This document shows, in pieces, positions 34,346 to 46,856 of a stretch of DNA of 64,000 nt. The stretch comes from Podarcis bocagei. Lineage: Eukaryota. The notes beneath the pieces are model-generated. The model had not been told where the DNA came from. It made no database searches and was given only the letters and a program-made list of their open reading frames with translations. The translations under genes were made by a program, and so were the position numbers. The stretch is taken from the NCBI GenBank assembly GCA_964188305.1, contig OZ076885.1; one strand, given 5' to 3'. Position 1 is the first letter of the stretch, and every line of letters starts with the position of its first letter.

Positions 34346-37300
34346 GAAGGCAATTTCTGTTCGTGACATACATTTTTAGTTCACTTCAGCAGCACTGACA
34401 AAAGGTGAACTGCCTTTCTTGCAGTTAATGCAAGAACTTCCCTATTTGCAAGTTCAAATATTACCCAGTTACAGAAGGAGGGCCTTGGCTGCAACTTCTG
34501 AATCCCCAGAGAAACACTGGAAACATTTTTAACTGAGATAAGGTTTATTCAAGAAAGAACAGGACCTACTTTTTTCCAGAATAAACATAAAATGCATTTT
34601 CATTAATGAACTCACCACTTAAATGTTGAGGGTGCTAGTTGACTAAAGTTATACTCTGAATAGACATTCACTGAAATCAATGGACAAGTATCTACACTAC
34701 AACTTCATTGGATATCATCCTGAAGGCTAAAACAAAAGGACAAGATTTATGGGTTCTAAAAAATACTGATATTACTAGGTACCATTTAAAACTAGATTGT
34801 CAGCTTTCAGAAGGGGACATGGCTTAGCAAGGCAGAAAATGGCTGTTTGACTCCAGAGCTCCAGTGCCTGGAACCATTTCCATCATTCAGGAGCTTCAGG
34901 GAATTACCGTAATCTCCCCAGGGCATGTGTCTCTGAAATAAAGGAATGACAGTAAACCAAACCTGTCAAAAACGGGTGGATTTCTCCTATTCTTTCCACC
35001 TGCAGAAGAAAGACAGGCTGAACACAGAGTCTTTGTCTAAGGCCAAGTCCAATAAGTTGCCTGCTCAAGCTGCTGTTGCTCAGAGATAGAAGGAAGGAGA
35101 CTACAACTTGCAGCTTGGTTGTTCTTCATGAGGGAAATAGTAAAAGAAACATGAAAGCAATTAATGACTCCAATGGAAGGGACAGCTGACAGAGATTAAT
35201 GTGCATCTGAGACTGCAAAAGAAATAGGGCAGATGCATGCAAAGCAAATTCGTTGATTGCAAGGAGATTACAAAAAGAAAAGGGAGAGGAGGCCGAAAAA
35301 TCAGGAGAGACGTGTGAATCTTATATTTATGTGGCTTTCAGGAAAATGTGGAGCATGAGAATATGTTTACTTTGCCCAAGCCCAAGAAGGGTTCCTTTCC
35401 CCCAGAATGTGGTATTGTGTTTTGGCAGACACCATAACAAAATAATATGGAAGAAGCTGAGGGACACTCAAGACATATCCCATTACAGATGGCCTATCAT
35501 GGTGCTATAAGATCCAGTCCCCCAAAAGCTTAGAAAGTATCACTGTCTAAAACCTTTTTACAAGAAAGCTGCAGGAGGCAGGGATCCACCACAGATTGGG
35601 GTTCCCAATCAAACTGGTTCTCATGAGAGTTGTAACGTCATTAATCGCAAGGAATCACTGCAAAACTATAGAGTTGCTGGAAACGCTGTACAGTATCTGG
35701 AACTCCCTGCAGAAATAACTATGGATGACCCCCAGGAAACAGGAAATAAGGAATTAGAAGAACCCAGATGCTGTATGGGAAGAAGTGTCTGGAAACTGGC
35801 ATTCCAGGAGAATGGCTCCATATATACCCCAGCATTTATTCCTGGTCAATCCGTGTTCACACTTATCAAGGTTTCACTGAGCACCTGTGGAAATCTATAG
35901 CAGTGACTCCATTTTACCACCTACACACTATTTCTGCTAAATGTCTCTGCTGTTTTATTTAGTAATGGTGCTTTGCCACCGTCGCTTCCCCTTCAGAGTG
36001 AGTGCATTAATAAGAAGGGCACATGTTTCAGTTGACTAGACATGTGCCTTGTCTCTCTCCTTGTAGGCACTCAGCTATGCAAAGCTGAAAACAAAAAGGT
36101 AGCTAGAGAGGTAGGGTTGTTTAAGGAAATAACATTGCAACCTGTGTGCCTCAAACTAATAATGTGGAAACGATATTAATCACAACAAGGAAAACAGTTC
36201 ATATAGAAGAACTGGATGAACCACTTTCTGGAGATGTCTGCCTAACAGCAGGATTTAATGGCTATGAGAAAACCCTATAATAGGTGTGCAGGGAGAGGGA
36301 GGCAGGACAAGGTAGGCCTGGTTTACTCAGGCATCTCCATCAACTGATTTCTGTACATTTGACTGGCTACTGACCAGGTGAATTAACTCCATGGAAAACA
36401 ACTGCATTTAAGGGTATGAACATTCTCTTGTGTAAGTGTATGGCAGCCCATTTCCACCCAACAGTCAAGTCTGTTGCTTGCTTTTGCAGTCATGGTGATG
36501 AACCTCACGTATTATTCAACCCCTAGTCACGTCAGGCAAACTGAAACCACATATTTTGAATAAAGTCAACCTAACTTCCCAATAGAGAGAGCAATACTAA
36601 TAGAATAAGAACAGCTTGATTTTTCACCTGGGAGGTTTTTAAATAAACATTTGGCAGGAGAATGTTTTGTGTAATTTGTTCTACGGTATCTACCTTCCAG
36701 ACAGGTGTCAAAGCAAGGCTCAATGAAAGGATGTAGGCCTTGGTTGAATCTTAAGGAAAGCTTCTTAAGTGTTCAAGTAAAGCAGTAGCCACCTAGAAGG
36801 GAACCAGTGGCCTTCTAGATGTTGAACTCCTAACTCCCATCAGTTTCAGCCAGCATGGCCATTGATCAGGGATGGTGGGAGCTGAACTTCAGCACCATCT
36901 GAAAGGACACAATTTGGGCACACGTCGGGCATGGAAAATCTTTGCCGCAGGCCAAGGCAAAAATCTATACGGTCACAGAATCTGGTGCTTCTACTCACAC
37001 CTGAAACTTAACACACAAGAGAAAATGAACTAGTCCAACTCAGCCTACCTAGGACCATACCAGTTTGCCAGCATGAAGAAAACTGAAGAAAACTTCTTGT
37101 GGAAATTTTAAGAGAGTAGAACTCTGACCATTCCTTAGCCTTCTGGCTGGGATTAACGTATTGTATTTTTAATGTGTACTCTTCTCTCTAGCCTACAGTG
37201 CACACACAAGAACTTACTTATTGCAGGTCTTTATCTCCCAAATTTGTACCCGTCAGAAAAGCAAAGGACAGTCTTTTGGTCTTGAGAATGTCTGCTCCTG

Positions 37301-38478
37301 AATTTTAATCCTGAATATTTTCAGAAGGGTAGCCACGTCAGTCTCTTGCAGCAAAAGCAACCAGAAGTCTTGTAGCGCCTTAAATACTGTACTAATTTCT
37401 TCGTTAGCCTTCAAGGGGTCACACTGCTCCTTTGCCGTGCAGACCTTCAGGGTGTCCTTGAGAGACCAGAGGCCAAACGTGGATGTCAAAATTCTGCGAA
37501 ACGGATTGCAAGGAATTATAGTGGTGGCCAATATTTTATGCGGGATGCTACCGGACGTGCTAAGGAAACGGCCGGGTGAAATCATGGCCCGTTAGGCCTC
37601 CGAGCGCTCCTCGATTTGAGCGCCCGCCGCAGCGTATTGCCTGGGGCCGCGCTTGAATCGAAAGGGTCTGAAAGACACCCGGCCTGCGCCAAGCCAACTG
37701 CAAGTCTCCCCTGGGCCTCCAGAGGGCGGCCTCGGGCGACTAACTTTCTTCTCTCTGTGTGTGTCTATGTACAAAGCAGGCTTCCCTCGAGGGGCGGCTG
37801 TTGCTTTAAGCTGGCCCTGGAGCGAGCGGAGAGGGGAAGCCAGAAGCTGCGCGGCGGGCCCCGGAGGTCCTTTCCCCCTGCGGAGAAACAAAACCACCTA
37901 CGGGCGGCAACAGCAGCAGGAGGAGGAAGAAGAAGGAGGAGAGCGTGTGCGAGTTTCGGATCCTCTCGGCTCCCGCCTTAAGCGCCCCGCATTGAATCAG
38001 CGCGTGGAGCTCGAGAGCTCCTCGGCTGCGCTTGCCTCCGGCACTTGCGCGACGCTGCTTCTCCGCCTTGGATCGCAAGTAGAGGAAGAAGAAAAGCGCT
38101 GACAGATAAAGGCAGCAAGCCGCCGCCGCCACCCCCCACCCCTGCGCCGCCGCCGCCGCCGCCGCCGCTCCGCGTTGACAGGCAGCGGGAGCAACAGCAG
38201 CGGCCGCGGCAGCCCTCCCTGCACGCGCGCGCGCAACACACACAAGACACACACACACTCAGGACACACACCGAGAGAGCCCGCCAGCCCTGGAGGAGGA
38301 AGGCAAGCCAGGAGCGGAGGGCAGCGGGGCCAAGCCGCAGCCCATGAACTAAGGAAGGGCCGCCGCTTCTCTGCACGGGCATCATGTGGGTCTGTTTGTA
38401 AGAGGGGTTGGGGGGCCAGATCCCCTCTCTTCGCCTCCCCCCCCCTCGCTCTCCCTCCCCTCCCCCTAGCACAGGCGG

Positions 38479-38480
<2 letters not shown>

Positions 38481-38514
<34 letters not shown>
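38481..38514. repeat. (AC)17 microsatellite in the GRK2 leader
   Basis: Directly visible, about 100 bp upstream of the ATG. Confidence 0.95.
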
Positions 38515-38516
<2 letters not shown>

Positions 38517-38616
38517 CGACCGGGAGGAGGCGGCGGCGAGGGAGCCGCAGAGGCCGCTGGAATAATAAGAGAATTGATTGTGAAAAAGGAAAGCAGAAGA
38601 AATATTTCCTGGCAAG

Positions 38617-38729
38617 ATGGCCGACTTGGAGGCTGTGCTCGCCGATGTGAGCTACTTGATGGCTATGGAGAAAAGTAAATCCACTCCGGCAGCCCGGGCC
38701 AGCAAGAAGATCGTGCTACCTGAGCCGAG
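38617..38729 (+). CDS. GRK2: GRK2 exon 1
   Basis: [39 protein letters not shown]|gtgagc. Confidence 0.97.
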
Positions 38730-41700
38730 GTGAGCCCGGCAAGGGGGGCAGGCGGAGGGGGCAGGTGCGGCGCCGGGGCCCCGCGCGAGGCGCGCCGGGC
38801 TTAGGATGGGCGCTGGGCGTTTGTGTACGCGAGCGAGCGCATAAATGGGTCTGTATATGACTGAGCTTCGCTCTTCTGAAATGCACCGAGCCGACTTGCC
38901 CTTGGCCCAAGCAGCAGGGTCCGTGATCTACCCCGTCCATGTAGCGGGGTGGAGTGGGGTGGAAAGAGGGCTCGCTAAAGCGGCGTCTTTCCGTGTACGT
39001 GGTTGTGTTGATATAGTGTGGGCATGATGATGGATTGTCAGGGTGTCCTGTCTCTGCTTCCTAATTCTTCATTCGGCTGCTCAGATCCTTGGAGATCATT
39101 CCCCCAGCACCTCTTGCAGTAGCAAACCCCCTCCTTCTGTGTTTTTCCCTACCCACACGTCACAATTCCACCCACCCCAACACAAACACACATAGTGATT
39201 CTCACTGTGTATGTGTAATATGCAATTGTGTTAACCACAGCAGAAAAGCAGGCTAGTAAATCAGGCTGTATATATGCCTATAAAGTGCTTTTTTCTGAGC
39301 AGTCCAGCAACTGTGTTGCTGGGTGTTATGAGGAGCATACAGCTTGGCTCTGGCAGTGCCTGGAGTCGGCCTCAAGATGCCCTAACCACTGTCTTCTGTT
39401 TTGGGTGGGTGGTTTGTTTGTTTTTGTTTTTGAAAATCTGTGTGTACAGACCTGTTCAATCCAGCGCTGTGTCTTGGTAATGTGCTGTTAGATAGCGACC
39501 AGGCCTTTGCCCACCTTGCAGCTGCCCTGAGTTCAAGCAGGAACTGGGGCTGCACAAACAACGTTGCAAGCGTGCGCAAATGCAGCGCAAGGTCACCATC
39601 GTGCAGATAAGGGGAAATGTGTTGGGCAGGGGCTCTGCTTCATGTAAGGGCATTTTCTTGCTGGGAGACACAAGTGGGAGCATTAAGTCAAAAAATCTGA
39701 CTGGTCATCCAGGTGGGTCAAAGGTGCTATGGTTTCGGCCAACCAACCCTTAACTCTGCTTCCTGGCAGCAGTTACCAAGGGCAACCGGGTGGGGCCTGA
39801 CAAGCATCCTGCACCTTCAGCACATGGGCAAATGGAGGCCTTCCTCACTCTCCTTTCTTCCCTTCCACCTCCCATGTGACATCTGGCTTACCCTACCCTT
39901 CCCTGTTCTAGCCAATAACCTTGGGTTGTCCCCATTGTAGGAGAAGTCTCTTCAAGCAGAACTGCTCCCCTGCCACTGAAGGCAGGACGGAGGGTCTCTG
40001 AGAAAGCGCCAAAGGGCCCCTTTCCACAAGAAATGGCAAGCGGCCCTTTCAGAGGATGATGCAGATGTGTTACCATGGCGATGCCTGAAAGCCTCAGCAG
40101 CCTCTGTGCTCTTTCCCCCACACAGGGTTGCTGGTTTCGGTATGGAAGTGCCCACATGGGAACTTTGGGTGAAGTTCCATAGCCTTTGGAGGAAATAATT
40201 TTGGGATGCATAGTGACGGTCCAGAGAGCAGCCCCTTCACTTGCATCACATCTCAGCTAATAGTTGCTCACTGGCAACCCCCTGCCTGCCTGAGTCACAT
40301 CCCTGAGTCCAGTTTAAGATAACTGTCTTGGGGTGGCAGAATTTAAGCCATCGTTTGCCCTTCTGCCCCTCCCTCATCTCTTTCTGCACCACTTGTAATG
40401 ACAGTGTAACTGCTGCTGCCTTCTCCTCCTTTCCTCTTCTTCAAAGTACACCAGGGAGGCCTTCAATTCTCCCAGCTCAATAGCCATCTATTTTGGGGGC
40501 AGGAGAGGGAGTAGAGAAGTGAAAGGCAATATTGACAATATATCTACACATAGGAGGTACTTGTGAAATTTGGCCTTTAGGAAATTGAGCATTTTATCTG
40601 TTAAAGAGCTGGGGAGAGCTAAGGGGTCAGATTACCAATTAGGGAAGCAAGACTATGCCCTAGAAGAAGACTAAGGATTAAGAGGCGTACATGGAGGTCT
40701 TGCTGTGATCACAGCACAGGGGTCTTATTGATAGCTTACTGATAGGCAGAAATAAGGTAGCTGGAATGGTAAGGAAAGCATGGGGAGGAGTGTCAAGGAT
40801 ATGTACAGAATTGCATTTGTTTTGGATTCAAGACATCTGCTGAAAACAAGCATTAGAGACTGCTTCTTCCCATTAGCTAGGGAGGATCAGATACATCTCT
40901 TCTGCACATCTCACTGTGGGAACTTTGCTGGGGGACTTCTAAAGTGTGGCCCCATAAATTTTGCCCGGGAAGCTGATTTGGAGCAGGAGGAGAACAGGGT
41001 AATTCCAGAACAGGTTAATTCAGGCAGAAGCTGAAGAAATTCTTAGTTCCTCTAATCTGAATGCGTAATAACATGTAGACCTTTTGGTACAGCCCAATAG
41101 AAATCACATGGAGGAGGAAACTGGGTTTGGGTGATGAGCAGAGTGTGTGTTTTACATTAAAATATGCAAGTCAATATATTTGCATATTTATTTTTTGCAT
41201 AATTTGCTCTGTTCCTAGCAGTCATGCGAGGCGGTGCAGGGAAGCAGTGCAGGGCACAGAATCCCCACCTCTTGACCACTAGAAATTTGACTCATCCTCC
41301 CTCTGGCCTTGCACACATATACTGTTGTAGATCAAAAAGACAAGAAACTTGCTTTTTTTTTAATGAAAAGCAAGATTTGGGTGCCCAAGTATAATTTATT
41401 TCCTTGCCTTGCATGATACCGTCTTGGCACAGCATGCATAGTCCTGTTCACAAATCACATTACCTTGCTTCTCAGAGACAGAGCATTCACTCTCAGACAC
41501 TCCATAGGAAGGTGAGGCTTAACAGAAACCACAAGCAGTGTGGCCCTCATCATTGTTGCTTTGCTGGTGGTTGACCTAACAGCTTCCGTGTGTGTGTCTG
41601 TCTTGAAACATAAGGGACATATAAATCACACCCTTGGAGCCTAGGTGGTGCCTCCATTTTTTTTCATGGGCTATCTATTGGAATTAGGACAAAAATGCAG

Positions 41701-44700
41701 ATACATCCTCAGGAAGTTGTCCAGGATTGGAACAATAGAAGGATGGAGATTCTAAAGCAGTGGTGAGGAACCTAGCGCCCCCCAGATGTTGATGTACTCC
41801 AAATCCCATCAATTCCAGCTGGCACAGCCAATGGTCTGGGAGTTGTAGTCCAGCAACATCTGGAGGAGCACACCACCCCATCCCTGTTGTAAAGAGAGGA
41901 ACATCAGCAAAATTGCCAAGGATGCTGTTGGGTACTTAAAGAACTTGAGGCACAAACCCATGGCCCAAATTTCCATAGCCATTTGCATTGGCTAGTTTAT
42001 ATGTATTTAAGATGGTGGGTTTCTGATGCTTATCAGCATTGCATTTTGCAGTGTGCACAGCAAGTCAGTAAGAAGGGGGGGGGATGAGTTTTTTAAAAGG
42101 AAGAAAAGGGCAGGAGATGCAGGCCAAGTGCAAACCTGGGTTTTGCCACCCCACCACATCTGGAACAGCACCCCTGAAAGTTGCTGAAGGGGCTGCATCC
42201 TCGTTCATTACTGCAAAAGCAGGAACATTCTGTTACATCTGTTACATTAATTTATGGAATTTATATGCCACTTCATCAGTAGCATTTCTAGGAGGCGTAC
42301 ATAAAAATAAACCATACAGAGAATAAAACAGTAAAAAAAAAAATCACCATAAAACCAAACATAAATCCAAACCCTACCTTAAAATGCTTGCTGAAATAAG
42401 AAAGTCTGAGTCACATGCCTGAAGTCCAGCAATTTGTGTCTTACCTGTCCTGTACGTAGTTCAGAGGCAGCATTTTATCTTCACAACCACCCTTTGAAGG
42501 TAGATTAAATTTGAGATACAGCGACTTGCCCAGAGAGCTATCCGACGAGATTTGAGTCTCTGCTTCCCACCAACCAAGCTCACTGTGCAGGGTACAGGAG
42601 ACGTGATCCTGAAGATCTGGAGGACTCTGTCTGCTCCCTCCTGGAATGTCTTTTATAGATTCTACACAGACATTCCAAGAGGGAGTGGAGGTAATGAAAC
42701 TCGGAACTGCTGCCCATTCAAGATCTTGGGGGAATAAGATGTCTAAGGTTTTGTTTATTACATTGCGTCATACTTCTCTCCAAAGGAGCTGAGGGCCACA
42801 CACATTGTATGCGGGATGGTTTAGGTTGTGTTCGTGTTTGACTAACCACCGCCACTCTTCGAACTTCATGCCAAAGTGGAGAGTTGAGCTGAGGTTGCTC
42901 AGGGGTCGCTAATCTGTCACTCTCCACACATCGTTGGACTCCCATTGGCCCTAGCCGGCATGGCCAATGGCCTGGGGTGTTGACAGTTGTACTCCATCCA
43001 CATCTGGAGGACCACAGGTCCCCCCATTCCTCTTCCATATCCTGCAGAGCAGAATTGTGGGACAGTGAAAGGAGGCCTCCCACAACCCCTATTATGGAGC
43101 ACCCTGACTTTAAATCACTCCCATCGGTTTTCTCCGATAGGCTTCAACACACTAAACTTCCTGCCCGAGCAACCTCCTTGCCGGTGCAGCCTCTCATGTC
43201 CCTCGTCCTGCCAAAGTCAAGGCCCAGCTTCAAAGAAGAGCTGTCTCTCTGGTTTGTCTGCCAGGAAATGACGTCACCTTTAGTCGCAATAGGCTATTTG
43301 GGTCTGCTGCAAAGTAAGAAACTGCAGCACATAGGAGAATCAGGGTGACCTGCGTCCTGCTGACCCGCCACGGCACCCACTGCAAGCTCTGCCTTTTTGT
43401 GCAGGTTTTATAGCGGAACTAGGAATGTGTCGGAGCCAAGGTGGTTGTGACATTTGTGAGAGGGGAGAATTCAACTTTGGTAAAAGGGCAGGGGATTAAA
43501 AAAGGGGGGTGGGGAGGAAGTTTCTCCTTTGCTGGTTGCTGCACTACAGTGTTGTTTTTCCTGTTAAGGGAACCAAACTGTTTTTTTCTGTGCATTCATT
43601 TCCTTTTTCTGTGCTTGGATATGAAGCCAGTCAGTGTTCCCTGAAGTCAGGCTCTCTCTAGCCTGACAATCTACAAGAGCATAAAGAAAAAAATAATAAT
43701 AAACCAGCTCAGATGCCCAGGGATACTAGCAGGCAACTTCCCACTTCCTCCCCAATGGCCTTTAAGCGAACAAGAGCATTGTCAACAGCTGGCTGATTAT
43801 TTATAGTACTAACTGCCTCTCATTAAGTCTCTGTGCAAGAGGAACTCGAGGGAGCTGACATTCTCCATAGGCCTTCCCGGTTGTTAACTAATGCTCTCTT
43901 TTTTTCCTAAGGGGGAAAACTGAGGCAGGAAAAAGAGGGCACTAGGACCAGTTCTCTCAGACCTTATCTGACCGAGGTTAACTTCAGTGACTGAATTTTT
44001 GGAATTGGTCTTGTAAACAACACAAAATTTACAAGCTCAGGATTGTCCCCCCCCCCCTCTGCAGACTGATATGCACATACAGGCTTGTGGCTTAAACCTT
44101 TTTTTTTTTTAACCTTCCTTTCCTGGTTGCCTAGAACAGATGCTTGTTTGCCACAAGTGACCATGCTAGTTGCTTTTTAGAAGCCTGGCCTATATAGCTG
44201 TGTTGCTTTTCCATGGAGCAAAGGTAGTCAAAGGTAGCCCTCCAGATTGTGATAAGGCTATAAGTCCCATCATTTGTGGCCATGCTGGCTGGGGCTGGTG
44301 GGAGTTGGAGTCAGGCAACTTCCAGAGGGGATGGTGTTGGGCTACTTGGTTTGATGCTATGAGTCCCAAATTCAAGTCTCCGCTTAGCTGCTGCTATAAA
44401 AGGAATGACTTGCCTACCTTACCAGGACACTGTGAGAATAACCAGATAATGAGTGTGAATTCCTTTTCTTCACAAGGCATTTTATGTAATGATATTAATG
44501 CTATCATTCAACTGGACCTGCCCCCTGGAGATGGTTGTTATGGAGATGCTTGAGACACATTATCCCAGGCCCATAACAGCAGCAGGCACCAGCAAACACA
44601 GCCATCCATCATCCTTCCAAGACTCGTCTGTCTCAGGCATGGGGCTCTCTCCCCTGCCCCCCATCCCCCATGGCTCACTAGTTTCAGGAGCAGGAGTTTC

Positions 44701-46790
44701 TGGGGGGTGGGGGAAAGACACATTCAGTCTCAATGGTTGAAGTAGGTCCTGTTTCTCAGTGCCCTGATATTTACTGCGCAGAATCCAAGAAAAAAAATCT
44801 GCCCTCCACAATGGGAAAGTGTCTCTTCAGCCTGATCACACTCTCCCCTTCAGAGGCACTCCTTACATTAAGCTCCCATAGCTCCTATAATACTGCTAAT
44901 CCCCAGAAGCCCCATTCAGAGGCAGCCCAGCACCCCATTTAATCCATGGACTGCAACAGCAGCAACTATGGTTGTTCCTGCTGCAGACCACATTGGGCAC
45001 CTTTCCATTGCCATTCAGGGAGGATGCAGTGGCCTCTCTAGGCTAAGCATCCTGATCTCTTTGTCCTCCATTCACATATTTAAAAGGTACCCAGATGAAG
45101 GGCTGTTTATTCAGTCAGCACACTCAAGCAATGTCACCCCCCCCCCGTTCTCTCTCCTCTCCCCCCCCCTGCACTGCAGACGGTAACACTTCCAGGCGGG
45201 CCAGGAGTGAGTTGCGTGTCTGAATAATGTTCCACATGTAAAACTAGAAAAGCAGTGTGCATATCATGGCGAAAGGATTCAGTCTTATTGGGCTCGGTAT
45301 TCTTTGAGGAGTTTTTCATTCCCATCTGGGAGCATTCAAAATGTCACCCACCCCCACCCTCTCACCTGCAACCTGCAATGGAATAGTCCAAGATAGCCTT
45401 CCGCAGCCTATACAAAGTGGAAGGGCTGCATAATGCTTTCCGTACCATAGTGGGGGGGCGGGTTTCTGTGGAAAAACAGTGGACAGGAAAAGGGTTAAGC
45501 AGTGATTCCAGTTCTCTAAACCTTCTCTTCTTCCCAAAGTTACTTTTTCATAAGAAAGGGGTGGGGGACCTGTGACCCTTCAGACCCTGAGGTCCAAACT
45601 CCCATCATCTCTGTCCCTTGGCCATGCTGGTTGAGGATGATGGGAGTTTGCAAGTCCAGCATCACCTGGAGGGCAGCAGGTTGAGGAATGCTAGTCTAAG
45701 GAAAGCTTTACCAATTGACCGATTCAGTGTTTCTCAGACTTGGGACCTCAGCCATTATTGGACTACAGCTCCCATCATCCCTGACCACTTGTCCTGCTAG
45801 CTAGGGATGATGGAAGTTGTAGTCCAACTGCAGCTGAGAACCCAAGTTTGAGAGACACTGCATTAATTGGTCCTGTCTGACTTACCAAGTATCTCATGCA
45901 AGTGGTGCAAACTATCACAGAATGTTGGTGCCACAGTCACAGCATTTTCACCATTATTGTGCCACCCGCACTGTTTCTCATTCATTCCAACCTGCAGTGA
46001 GGATCTGTACAGTCAGTATGTGGATTGTGGGTGTTGGGAATGCTGACTCAGTACACTTGTCAAGTGATACGGTAATCTGCGTCTTCCATCATCTGACAAG
46101 TACTTCTTACACAAGCTTCCATCTCGAAAGGTACCCGTGCTGCAAATTGAAGCATGCTTTCTGGGGAGCAAACCCCCTTGAAGTCAATGGGGCTTCTTCC
46201 TTCCAGGTGAACATGGTCGGGAGAAAATGGTTGAAAGTGATTCGGTGGCATTTCCAAATAAATGCATTTAGGATTAGGATTTCTGCCTCCGTTGTCAGAG
46301 GCAGTGTGCTTGGAATCCCACGTGGAAAGAATGCTCTTGTGCCCAGGACCTTCTTGAGGTGTTCCTACGGGCATCTGGCTGGCGACTGTGACAACAGAAT
46401 GCTGGGCTAGAGGGGGACTGCTACCCTTACCCTGCAATGGCCCTCATACTCAGGAGCTTCCTCTTGGCTGCTTACGCTGAGTCAATTAAAATTTTCTCCA
46501 TAGAAGGGCTATGTGTGCTGCTTAACCAGCTAAATATCCACAGGAGAAGCCAGGTCATAGCCCAGCTCTGAAAGATGGCACACGACTCCGAAAGAGAGTT
46601 CCAGTTCTTTGTAATACATTAACCCAGCATGAATCCCTGTCTCATGGCCAGACCGTCTATAGCATTTTCCAGGCTGCCAGCTACCAGGTCTTGCCAACTC
46701 ATCTTTGAGATTAGTCATTGTACTTTGGGACCTTGGAATTTCAGGTTCATTTTCAACCCAAAAGGTGCTCTTTCCTAATTATTTGCCTGG

Positions 46791-46856
<66 letters not shown>

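Larger units (their letters stand above)
37430..39010 (+). promoter_or_regulatory. GRK2 CpG-island promoter and 5'UTR
   Basis: Very high CpG density spanning exon 1; (GCC)n runs 38120-38168; YY1-type CAAGATGGC overlapping the start codon. Confidence 0.9.

Noticed and set aside
37592-38940. Many 100-180 aa ORFs around the GRK2 promoter
   Set aside because: Artefacts of GC-rich sequence and microsatellites (poly-Ala/Pro, CV/HT repeats)
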